From contig OY764215.1 in assembly GCA_963668125.1 (NCBI GenBank), forward strand, positions 1,858,972 through 1,922,971: 64,000 nucleotides of DNA, given 5' to 3'. The first letter of the stretch is position 1. The number at the start of each line of letters is the position of its first letter. The position numbers were made by a program, and so were the translations under genes. The notes under the pieces are model-generated. The model saw only the letters and a list, made by a program, of their open reading frames with translations, was not told the DNA's origin and did not search any database. This document shows, in pieces, positions 1 to 8,545 of this stretch. The DNA comes from Bacteroidaceae bacterium. GTDB taxonomy: Bacteria > Bacteroidota > Bacteroidia > Bacteroidales > Bacteroidaceae.

Positions 1-1
1 C

Positions 2-2170
2 AAACGTGCCGATTTTCTTGCAAACAAGGGGCTTACAGCAAAGCAATTACATGGTTCAATGTTTCAGTTTGTTGGTAATCTGAATCTTGCATTTAATGGC
101 AATGATAATTATTCAGATTATTACAGGGAACTCGATCTGGAAAGAGCTGTTTTTACTACTTCCTATAAAGTGAATGGAGTAACTTATAAAAGAGAGATTT
201 TTGCATCGAAACCAGATCAGGTTATTGTTGTAAGACTTACAGCCAGTAAACCTGGGAAATTATCTTTTGCAGCAAGTTTTGATGGACCTTTACAGAAATC
301 TGTGAAGGTGTTGGATACTAAAACTCTTGAAATGACAGGCTTATCCGGAACTCATGAAGGAGTAACCGGACAAGTGAGATTTGATGCTCGTGCAAAAATC
401 TTAAATTCGGGTGGAACTACTACTATTGAATCAAATAAGATCAATGTAAGTAAGGCTAATGAAGTTGTTATCCTGATATCTATTGCAACCAATTTTACTG
501 ATTATAAAACTTTATCGACAGATGAAACCAAGAAATGTGCCAACTATCTTACAGCTGCTCAGAATAAGCCTTATTCAACAATGCTTAAGAACCATATAGC
601 TGCGTTTCAGAAATATTTTAGTCGTGTAAGTTTTGATTTAGGTACTTCATCGGCAGCAAAGCTACCAACTGATGAAAGAATTAAAAATTTCTCTAAGTCA
701 TTTGATCCTGAATTGATTTCTATGTATTATCAATTTGGTCGCTATTTGTTGATTTCATCTTCTCAACCGGGAGGGCAACCTGCCAATCTACAGGGAATAT
801 GGAATGGTAGCACTCATCCGGCATGGGATAGTAAGTATACCATTAATATCAATACGGAAATGAATTATTGGCCTGCTGAAAAATGCAATATGTCTGAAAT
901 GCATGAACCATTGATTCAATTGATAAAAGAACTATCAGAAACGGGAAAACAAACAGCTAAAACAATGTATGGTTGTAATGGCTGGGTTGCTCATCATAAC
1001 ACTGATATCTGGCGCATTTCCGGTGTGGTAGATTTTGCTAATGCCGGATTATGGCCGATGGGAGGAGCATGGCTGTCACAACATTTATGGGAGAAATATC
1101 TGTATAGTGGCGATTTAAGATATTTGGAATTGGTTTATCCCGTATTAAAATCCGCTTGCGAATTTTACAAAGATTTTCTTATAGAGGAACCTACTCATAA
1201 ATGGTTGGTAGTATGCCCTTCTATGTCACCGGAGAATACTCCGTCAGGACATTCTGGATGTGCGCTTACCTACGGAACAACTATGGATAATCAGATCCTT
1301 TTCGATTTGTTTACCAAAACAATTAAGGCTGCAAAGTTGCTGAAAAAAGATGTAGCATTGATGGCTGATTTTCAAAAGATACTAAATAAACTTCCTCCGA
1401 TGCAGATTGGTCGTTATGGTCAGTTACAGGAGTGGATAGGAGACTGGGATGATCCTAATGATCAACATAGACATGTATCGCACCTATATGGTTTGTACCC
1501 GAGCAATCAGATTTCACCATATACTACTCCAGATTTATTTGATGCTGCACGTACAACACTTATTCATCGAGGTGATGTGTCAACTGGGTGGTCGATGGGC
1601 TGGAAAGTGAATTTCTGGGCACGTTTGCTTGATGGTAACCATGCACGAAAACTGATCACTGACCAATTAACACTTGTTGATCCGGTAAAAGAAAAGAGTG
1701 GTGGAACTTATCCTAACTTCTTTGATGCGCATCCACCATTTCAGATAGATGGTAACTTTGGTTGTACTTCGGGCATTACAGAAATGCTTTTGCAAAGTCA
1801 CGATGGAGCGATTGATATTTTACCAGCATTGCCTGATGACTGGAAAAAAGGAAGTATCAGCGGATTAAGGACTTATGGTGGTTTTGATGTGAGCATTACT
1901 TGGGAAAATAATAAGGTGCAGAAGATTATCATAAAATCTCATTTAGGTGGAAATTGTCGTATTCGCGTTCCTAATGAAGTTACTTTGGTAGGTAATAAAA
2001 CATTAAAAGTGGCTTCGGGAGATAATTCAAATCCATTCTTTGAAACTGTTAAAGTAAAGAAACCTTTAAAATCGGCTGCAGCAAATCTGAATGCTGTGAA
2101 TCTTAAATCAACATGGTTATATGATTTGCCAACTGAAGCCGGTAAAACATATACAATTATTTGTAAATAA
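2..2170 (+). CDS. GH95-family glycoside hydrolase (alpha-L-fucosidase / alpha-L-galactosidase type), 5'-truncated by the window edge
   Basis: The frame is open from nt 2, with no stop upstream of the tracked Met at 59, so the N-terminus lies outside the window. GH95-typical blocks are present: NLQGIWN, YTININTEMNYWPAE, GWVAHHNTDIW, FDAHPPFQIDGNFG. Confidence 0.85.
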   Translation, partial: KRADFLANKGLTAKQLHGSMFQFVGNLNLAFNGNDNYSDYYRELDLERAVFTTSYKVNGVTYKREIFASKPDQVIVVRLTASKPGKLSFAASFDGPLQKSVKVLDTKTLEMTGLSGTHEGVTGQVRFDARAKILNSGGTTTIESNKINVSKANEVVILISIATNFTDYKTLSTDETKKCANYLTAAQNKPYSTMLKNHIAAFQKYFSRVSFDLGTSSAAKLPTDERIKNFSKSFDPELISMYYQFGRYLLISSSQPGGQPANLQGIWNGSTHPAWDSKYTININTEMNYWPAEKCNMSEMHEPLIQLIKELSETGKQTAKTMYGCNGWVAHHNTDIWRISGVVDFANAGLWPMGGAWLSQHLWEKYLYSGDLRYLELVYPVLKSACEFYKDFLIEEPTHKWLVVCPSMSPENTPSGHSGCALTYGTTMDNQILFDLFTKTIKAAKLLKKDVALMADFQKILNKLPPMQIGRYGQLQEWIGDWDDPNDQHRHVSHLYGLYPSNQISPYTTPDLFDAARTTLIHRGDVSTGWSMGWKVNFWARLLDGNHARKLITDQLTLVDPVKEKSGGTYPNFFDAHPPFQIDGNFGCTSGITEMLLQSHDGAIDILPALPDDWKKGSISGLRTYGGFDVSITWENNKVQKIIIKSHLGGNCRIRVPNEVTLVGNKTLKVASGDNSNPFFETVKVKKPLKSAAANLNAVNLKSTWLYDLPTEAGKTYTIICK

Positions 2171-2184
2171 AAAGAATAAATGCT

Positions 2185-3711
2185 ATGAAAAAGATTTTTA
2201 TTAATTTGTTATTGGCTTTGCCGCTTAGTTTGTTTGGTCAAACAGCTGAAATTAAAATAGATGTTGACAGGAAAATTGCCGAAATAGATCCAAAGATTTA
2301 CGGTGTGTTCATGGAACCTATTCATTTTAATGGAGCACGAATGGGATTGCCCGACTCTGTTGATTATAATACACTTTATGGAACGCTTTATGATCCTAAA
2401 TCGTCTTTGGCTGATGAGAATGGTTTTAGAAAGGATTATATTGATGTAATGAAGGAATTAAAAATTACCAATATGAGATGGCCAGGTGGTAACTTTTTAA
2501 TGGGTTATGATTGGAAAGATGGAATAGGACCAAAAGAAAATAGACCTAAACGTATAAACCTGGCTTGGGGTGGCATAGATAATAATCATGTGGGTACTGA
2601 TGAATGGTTTGCTCTAAATAAAGCAATAGGCAGTGAAAATGTGGTTTGTGTCAACTTAGGGTTGGGTTCTATATTGGATGCTTGCTATTGGGTAGAGTAT
2701 TGCAATTATAAAAAAGGAACTTATTATTCTGATTTGAGAGCTAAGAATGGACATCCCGAACCTTATAACGTTAAAATCTGGGATTTGGGTAATGAAGTAG
2801 ATGGTTATCCATGGGAATTGGGACATAAATCAATTGAAGAATATTCAAGAATAGGAAGAGAAGCAGCAAAGGCACTGAAAAGTGTAGATAAGGATATTCA
2901 GTTGGTGGCTTCAGGATCTTCTTGCTATGAAAACTCTCCTTGGATTGATTGGAATAGAAAAGTGCTGTCTAGTTTTGGTGATTTGATCAACTATATTTCA
3001 ATTCACAGGTATTGGGAAAAGTCGGACGACTATTACAATTACATGGGTCAGAGTGCGATGGACTTTGAAGAAAAGATTAAAGTAACGGCTAATGAGATTG
3101 AAAACGTAAGAGTAATGAAAGGATTCAAGAATCCAATTTATATTTCGGTGGATGAGTGGGGAATCATGTCAAAAAATACTTTGTCTGTTTTACCTATCGC
3201 TCAAAGCTTCAATTCCTTTATTCGTCATGCAGATGTTGTAAAAATGGCCAATTTCACAATGCTTACCTCTTTGCTGAACACTGATAAAGATAAGGGTACC
3301 TATAAAACACCTTTATATTATATATTTAAATCATTCTCGAATAACTGTCTTGGCAGCTCTATAGATACTTATGTTAAATGTGATACGTTCAATACTCCGC
3401 TGTACAAAAATATACCTTATCTTGATGTTACAACAGTTTATTCAAAAGAGACTAATACTATTTGCATCAATGTAATAAACAGACATAAAGACAAAGCCAT
3501 TACAACTAATATAGTCTCTAATTCGGGAGAATTCACTGGAAAAGCTGAGGCTTCTTTAGTAGCAGGAAATATACTTGATGAAACTTTTACTTACGACAAA
3601 CAAAGTCAATATGTGCCTGTTGCAAAAGAGATTAAAGCTGAGAAAAACAAAATTACTTATTCCTTCCCAGCACACTCTTTCACACAGATAAAAGTCAGAA
3701 TGAAAAAGTAA
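2185..3711 (+). CDS. GH51-family alpha-L-arabinofuranosidase
   Basis: Signal peptide MKKIFINLLLALPLSLFGQ. GH51 blocks: WPGGNFLMGYDWKDGIGPKENRPKR, acid/base context WDLGNEVDG, nucleophile context ISVDEWG. It starts 14 nt after the GH95 stop, which suggests an operon. Confidence 0.85.
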   Translation: MKKIFINLLLALPLSLFGQTAEIKIDVDRKIAEIDPKIYGVFMEPIHFNGARMGLPDSVDYNTLYGTLYDPKSSLADENGFRKDYIDVMKELKITNMRWPGGNFLMGYDWKDGIGPKENRPKRINLAWGGIDNNHVGTDEWFALNKAIGSENVVCVNLGLGSILDACYWVEYCNYKKGTYYSDLRAKNGHPEPYNVKIWDLGNEVDGYPWELGHKSIEEYSRIGREAAKALKSVDKDIQLVASGSSCYENSPWIDWNRKVLSSFGDLINYISIHRYWEKSDDYYNYMGQSAMDFEEKIKVTANEIENVRVMKGFKNPIYISVDEWGIMSKNTLSVLPIAQSFNSFIRHADVVKMANFTMLTSLLNTDKDKGTYKTPLYYIFKSFSNNCLGSSIDTYVKCDTFNTPLYKNIPYLDVTTVYSKETNTICINVINRHKDKAITTNIVSNSGEFTGKAEASLVAGNILDETFTYDKQSQYVPVAKEIKAEKNKITYSFPAHSFTQIKVRMKK

Positions 3712-3784
3712 TAGAAAAGAAACTGCTAGAAAAGTGAGTACTGATTCACTATAAAATAGCTACATAATAATTGAAAAATTGAAA

Positions 3785-3888
3785 TTGATCTAGCAATCTA
3801 GCACTAGGAATATAACTATCTGATAATTAATATGAAAATGGTGCTAGATCAATTTGATTTGATCTAGCAGTGATCTAGCGATCTAGCG
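3785..3888. repeat. Cluster of ATCTAGC(A/G) octamers
   Basis: Direct copies lie at 3788, 3796, 3862, 3873 and 3881, with one inverted copy (tgctagat) at 3842. ttgatctagca (3785-3795) and tgctagatcaa (3842-3852) form an 11-bp inverted repeat. Confidence 0.8.
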
Positions 3889-3986
3889 CCTTTATCTCAT
3901 TCATCTACCTGAATTATTTCGTAGATATTATGTAGTAGAAACAACTTTCTGGTTTACAATTAAAAGTTATAAAGTGAATGTTTTGC

Positions 3987-4083
3987 CTTCCACCCGGGTG
4001 TATGTAATTTGTACACCCGGGTGGAAGACTTGTTTAGACCCGGGTGTACAAGATGCGTACATCCGGATGTACAGAAGAATAAG
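3987..4083. repeat. Four direct repeat units with exact 23-bp phasing (core ACCCGGGTG / ATCCGGATG)
   Basis: Cores start at 3992, 4015, 4038 and 4061. There is a perfect 16-bp inverted repeat (3987-4002 versus 4012-4027) and a perfect 16-bp palindrome gtacatccggatgtac (4057-4072). Confidence 0.85.
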
Positions 4084-4288
4084 CCGAATAATAATAAAAA
4101 ACCTTATGTTGCTCTATCTGTAAAAGCAAAGAATTATCTAAAATTAGATATGGATTATCAATAAATAGAAATGAAAAAGCTAAAAATATCCCATCTTTGT
4201 AGTAACTTAATATTTTATTAACGGCATAAGAATAAAAACAAAGAAGTAGTAACTTCAATTAACCTGGTAATTTAATACAAAATATAAA

Positions 4289-5251
4289 ATGAAAAAAATA
4301 GTTTCAACTTTTGCTCTTATTATGTTTTCTGCTCTAGCATCTACTCATGCACAAAATCCGATAATTAAAAATATATTTACCGCTGATCCGGCTCCAATGG
4401 TTTATAAAAATACAGTGTATTTGTATGCCGGGCATGATACAGCCTCGGTAAATGCTACAAATTATAAAATGCCCGATTGGCATATTTTTTCCTCAACAGA
4501 TATGGTAACATGGAAAGATCACGGAGTTTGCCTTTCTCCAAAGACATTTTCATGGTCGTCTGGCGATGCATACGCTGCCCAATGTATTCCACGAAATGGA
4601 AAATTCTATTGGTATGTATCTGTTCAGCATAAAAAAGATGAAAATAGCAAAGGAGGATATGCTATTGGAGTTGCTGTTTCCGATAAACCTACTGGGCCTT
4701 TTAAAGATGCAATAGGTAAAGCACTTATTGTTAATGAAATGACAACAGATATGAAGCATGGTTGGGACGACATTGACCCTACTGTATTTATTGATGATAA
4801 TGGTCAGGCATATCTTTTCTGGGGTAATGGAAGTTGTAAATCAGTGAAGCTAAAGAAAAATATGGTTGAAATGGATGGACCAATCACAACCTTTACCCCG
4901 AAAAACTATATAGAAGGTCCTTGGATTTACAAAAGAAAAGGATTGTATTACCTTGTTTATGCAAGTGCTGGTACTAAACCCGAAATGATAGAATACTGCA
5001 CGGCTAAAACTCCTGAAGGTCCATGGACATATAGAGGTATCATTGAAGAAAATGTTCCTAACAGTTTTACTACCCATCCTGGAATAATAGATTATAAAGG
5101 AAAATCATATTTCTTCTATCATAACGGATCACTCCCTACAGGAGGTAGTTATCGCCGTTCAATTTGTGTTGATTATATGTATTATAATCCCGATGGTACA
5201 ATTAAGAAAGTGATACAGACAACAAAAGGAGTAAATCCTGTAAGAAAATAA
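4289..5251 (+). CDS. GH43 single-domain arabinofuranosidase/xylosidase
   Basis: Signal peptide ending ASTHAQ. GH43 catalytic contexts: FTADPAP (base Asp), DIDPTVFIDDNGQAYLFWGN (modulator Asp), IEGPWIYKRKG (acid Glu). It is a paralog of the catalytic domains at 35154, 44102 and 47632. Confidence 0.9.
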   Translation: MKKIVSTFALIMFSALASTHAQNPIIKNIFTADPAPMVYKNTVYLYAGHDTASVNATNYKMPDWHIFSSTDMVTWKDHGVCLSPKTFSWSSGDAYAAQCIPRNGKFYWYVSVQHKKDENSKGGYAIGVAVSDKPTGPFKDAIGKALIVNEMTTDMKHGWDDIDPTVFIDDNGQAYLFWGNGSCKSVKLKKNMVEMDGPITTFTPKNYIEGPWIYKRKGLYYLVYASAGTKPEMIEYCTAKTPEGPWTYRGIIEENVPNSFTTHPGIIDYKGKSYFFYHNGSLPTGGSYRRSICVDYMYYNPDGTIKKVIQTTKGVNPVRK

Positions 5252-5264
5252 GCTATTTATTTGA

Positions 5265-6857
5265 ATGAAATTACTTAATACGATGAGAAAAAGAACTATT
5301 TTATGCGTTGCGGCAATCCTGCTTTCCGGACATTTTATGAATTTGTCTGCGCAGGTAAAGAAGGCTCAGAACCCAATTATTTTTTCAGATGTTCCTGATA
5401 TGTCTATGCTTCGGGTTGGAGATACTTATTATATGAGTAGCACTACCATGCACATGAGTCCGGGTGTTCCAATTATGAAGTCTAAAGATTTGGTAAACTG
5501 GAAATTAGTGAATTATGCCTATAATACTTTAGATGATGTTGATGCACTAAATCTTAATAATGGTCAAAGTACTTATGGAAGAGGTTCATGGGCTAGTAGT
5601 ATTCGTTATAACAAAGGAACTTACTATGTTACTACATTTGCTCAAACAACCGGTAAAACATACATTTATACAACAAAGAATCTGGAGAAAGGTCCTTGGG
5701 TAAAGCATTCTTTTGCTCCGTCATTGCATGATCATTCATTGTTTTTCGAGGAAGATGGACGCATTTATTTGATTTACGGTAATGGTAAATTACATCTGGT
5801 TGAGCTTAAAAAAGACCTTTCTGGTATTAAACCCGAAACAGATCGCGTACTTATAGAAAATGCCAGTGCTCCGTCTGGTAACGGAGGACTTGGTGCTGAA
5901 GGTTCTCAGCTTTTTAAAGTAAATGGAAAATATTATCTTTTCAATATAACTTGGCCAGCTGGTGGCATGCGTACTGTAAATATCCACAGAGCTGATAAAA
6001 TTACTGGCCCGTATGAAGGACGAGTTGGATTTCAGGATAAAGGTGTAGCTCAGGGAGGACTTATTGACACTCCTGATGGTAAGTGGTTTGCTTATTTATT
6101 CCGTGATTTTGGAGCAGTAGGACGTATTCCTTATTTGGTTCCGGTAAAATGGGAAAATGGATGGCCTGTAATTGGTGTGAATGGAAAAGTTCCTGAAACA
6201 CTTGATTTGCCAGCGAGCAAAGGTTTGATTCCTGGCATTGTTGCTTCTGACGAATTTACACGTAAGCCGGGAGCTGCTGCTTTACCATTGGTTTGGCAAT
6301 GGAATCATAATCCGGATAATAAATTATGGTCGGTTAACCAAAGAAAAGGTTATTTACGCTTAACAACAGGCAGAGTAGATTCAACTCTTCTGTTAGCTAG
6401 AAATACCTTGACTCAACGTACTATTGGTCCAGTATGTACTGGCTCAACATCAATGGATGTATCACATATGAAGGATGGAGACTTTGCCGGATTATGCTTA
6501 TTACAAAAGAATTTTGGTCAGCTTGGGGTTAGAGTTAATAAAGGAACCAAGTCTATAGTTATGATTAGTGCCGGAACGGGAAATCCTGTTGAAATACAAA
6601 GTGTTCCGCTTTCTCGTAATATTGTTTACTTCAAAGCTGAATGTAACTTCAAAGACCGTACAGATATCGCTAAATTTTATTATAGCTATGATGGCAAGGT
6701 GTGGAACTTCATAGGTGAACCATTAAAAATGGCATATACCATTCCTCAATTTATCGGATATCGCTTTGGATTGTTTAATTATGCCACTAAAAACATTGGT
6801 GGATATGCCGATTTTGATTATTTCCATATTTCAGATACTATTTCTGATATAAAATAA
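5265..6857 (+). CDS. Two-domain GH43 beta-xylosidase/alpha-L-arabinofuranosidase (propeller plus C-terminal beta-sandwich)
   Basis: Signal peptide ending NLSAQ. Blocks: NPIIFSDVPDMSMLRVGDTYYMSSTT, PGVPIMKSKDLVNW, GAEGSQLFKVNGKYYLF. A roughly 200-aa C-terminal domain ends ADFDYFHI. It starts 13 nt after the previous stop. Confidence 0.85.
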   Translation: MKLLNTMRKRTILCVAAILLSGHFMNLSAQVKKAQNPIIFSDVPDMSMLRVGDTYYMSSTTMHMSPGVPIMKSKDLVNWKLVNYAYNTLDDVDALNLNNGQSTYGRGSWASSIRYNKGTYYVTTFAQTTGKTYIYTTKNLEKGPWVKHSFAPSLHDHSLFFEEDGRIYLIYGNGKLHLVELKKDLSGIKPETDRVLIENASAPSGNGGLGAEGSQLFKVNGKYYLFNITWPAGGMRTVNIHRADKITGPYEGRVGFQDKGVAQGGLIDTPDGKWFAYLFRDFGAVGRIPYLVPVKWENGWPVIGVNGKVPETLDLPASKGLIPGIVASDEFTRKPGAAALPLVWQWNHNPDNKLWSVNQRKGYLRLTTGRVDSTLLLARNTLTQRTIGPVCTGSTSMDVSHMKDGDFAGLCLLQKNFGQLGVRVNKGTKSIVMISAGTGNPVEIQSVPLSRNIVYFKAECNFKDRTDIAKFYYSYDGKVWNFIGEPLKMAYTIPQFIGYRFGLFNYATKNIGGYADFDYFHISDTISDIK

Positions 6858-6870
6858 TATACTTAAAATA

Positions 6871-6915
6871 TGACAGAACATTATAGGATAAATAAGTCTT
6901 ATAATGTTCTTGTCA
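6871..6915 (+). terminator. Hairpin after the GH43 gene 5265-6857
   Basis: tgacagaacattata (6871-6885) pairs with tataatgttcttgtca (6900-6915), with one bulged base and a 14-nt loop. It starts 14 nt after the stop codon. There is no strong T-tract. Confidence 0.5.
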
Positions 6916-6972
6916 TGTTATATAAAAACGATTTGTAGATAGTCTATTAACCTTTGTAATGAAAAAATATTT

Positions 6973-8313
6973 ATGAAAAATAATAAATTAGCGATATTGA
7001 TTCAACTGATAATTATATTGTTTGGATTTGCAGATGTCGCTGCACAGAATCCGATTATAAGAAACCAGTTCTCTGCCGATCCAACTGCCAGAGTTTTCGG
7101 TGATAAAGTATATCTATATCCATCACATGATATTCTAGGAAAAGAAGGACAAGGTCGTCCTAATTGGTTTTGCATGGAAGATTATCATGTATTTTCATCT
7201 TCAAATCTTACTGATTGGACAGATCATGGAGTTATTGTGAACCAGAATAAAGTACAATGGGCTGACTCAACTGCATTTAGTATGTGGGCTCCGGACTGTA
7301 TCAATAAAAATGGGAAATATTATTTTTATTTTCCAGCTCCCCCGAAAGGCTCAAAGGGATTTTCTGTTGGAGTAGCTGTAGCCGATAAACCTTATGGTCC
7401 ATTTATACCACAGCCTAAACAAATCGATAAGGTTAGTGGAATTGATCCTAATGTTTTTATTGATAAAGATGGACAAGCTTATTTATATTGGTCGGCAGGT
7501 AACTTTATGGTAGCAAAATTGAAAAGCAATATGTTGGAACTAGCTTCCGAACCTCAGATTATTGCTAATTTGCCGGAAAAAGGGTTAAAAGAAGGTCCTT
7601 TTTTATTTGAACGTAAAGGGGTGTATTATTTGACTTTCCCTCATGTTGAAAATAAAATTGAACGGCTTGAGTATGCTATGGGCCCTAGTCCGATGGGACC
7701 TTTTAAAATGGCAGGAGTTATAATGGACGAATCGCCTGTTGGATGCTGGACTAATCATCATTCTATTATTAATTTTAAGAAACAGTGGTATCTGTTCTAC
7801 CACAGTAATGATCTTTCACCAAAATTTGATAAGAACAGATCTGTACGCATTGATTGCTTGTCCTTTAATGCTGATGGTACTATCCGAAAAGTTACACCAA
7901 CCTTTCGTGGTGTAGGATTGACCGATGCTTCAAAGCAAATACAGATAGATCGTTATAGCCGAATAAGTGATAAAGGAGTTTCCGTTTTATTTATTGATAC
8001 TCTGAATACATTTGCAGGTTGGAAAACTGTTTTTAATGAGAAAAAAGCATGGGTACAATATAACAATGTTGATTTTGGAAAGAAAAAATATAAATCAGTT
8101 ATAATAAAAGCTATTTCTCAGAAAGGAGGAACATTGCAATTGAAGTTGAATAGTGTTAATGGTCCAGTATTGGCTAAGATTAATATTCCAGAAAGTAAAG
8201 AATGGAAGGAGACTAAAGTTTTGATTTCAAACTTAAAACAAGGTAATCAGAATTTGTTCCTATCTTCAGACAATAATAACGTGATTGAAGTGGATTGGAT
8301 TAAATTTGAATGA
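6973..8313 (+). CDS. GH43 with a C-terminal CBM6-like module
   Basis: Signal peptide ending DVAAQ. Blocks: FSADPTARVF, GIDPNVFIDKDGQAYLYW, KEGPFLFERKG. A roughly 130-aa tail ends NVIEVDWIKFE, like the CBM6-type tails of 35154, 44102 and 47632. Confidence 0.85.
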   Translation: MKNNKLAILIQLIIILFGFADVAAQNPIIRNQFSADPTARVFGDKVYLYPSHDILGKEGQGRPNWFCMEDYHVFSSSNLTDWTDHGVIVNQNKVQWADSTAFSMWAPDCINKNGKYYFYFPAPPKGSKGFSVGVAVADKPYGPFIPQPKQIDKVSGIDPNVFIDKDGQAYLYWSAGNFMVAKLKSNMLELASEPQIIANLPEKGLKEGPFLFERKGVYYLTFPHVENKIERLEYAMGPSPMGPFKMAGVIMDESPVGCWTNHHSIINFKKQWYLFYHSNDLSPKFDKNRSVRIDCLSFNADGTIRKVTPTFRGVGLTDASKQIQIDRYSRISDKGVSVLFIDTLNTFAGWKTVFNEKKAWVQYNNVDFGKKKYKSVIIKAISQKGGTLQLKLNSVNGPVLAKINIPESKEWKETKVLISNLKQGNQNLFLSSDNNNVIEVDWIKFE

Positions 8314-8545
8314 TGTTAAGGATGAAATATGGTTTGTTTTTTGTTTCTGTTTTTGCGGCTATTATGATCTATTTACCGATCAGAGCACAGCAAATAGGAG
8401 CAATATCAAATATAATTTCATAGAATAATGAATCTGGTACAGATTTCTCGATTATTATAGTGAACATGTAGCTGCATCTTTTGATAGTACATTACCGTTT
8501 AAAACGGAGGGTAAAGTGTGGCTAAAGAAATACAATAACATAAAT

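Noticed and set aside
4034-4258. 74-aa minus-strand ORF in the GH51/GH43 spacer
   Set aside because: It overlaps the palindromic repeat array, its composition is Leu/Tyr/Ile-rich as expected from AT-rich non-coding DNA, and it has no homolog-like features.
8516-8545. Non-ATG starts proposed by the ORF track (GTG 8516, TTG 37090, TTG 47608, ATG 41313)
   Set aside because: In each case a downstream ATG (8546, 37156, 47632, 41328) immediately precedes a canonical signal peptide. The upstream extensions add non-signal-like residues.
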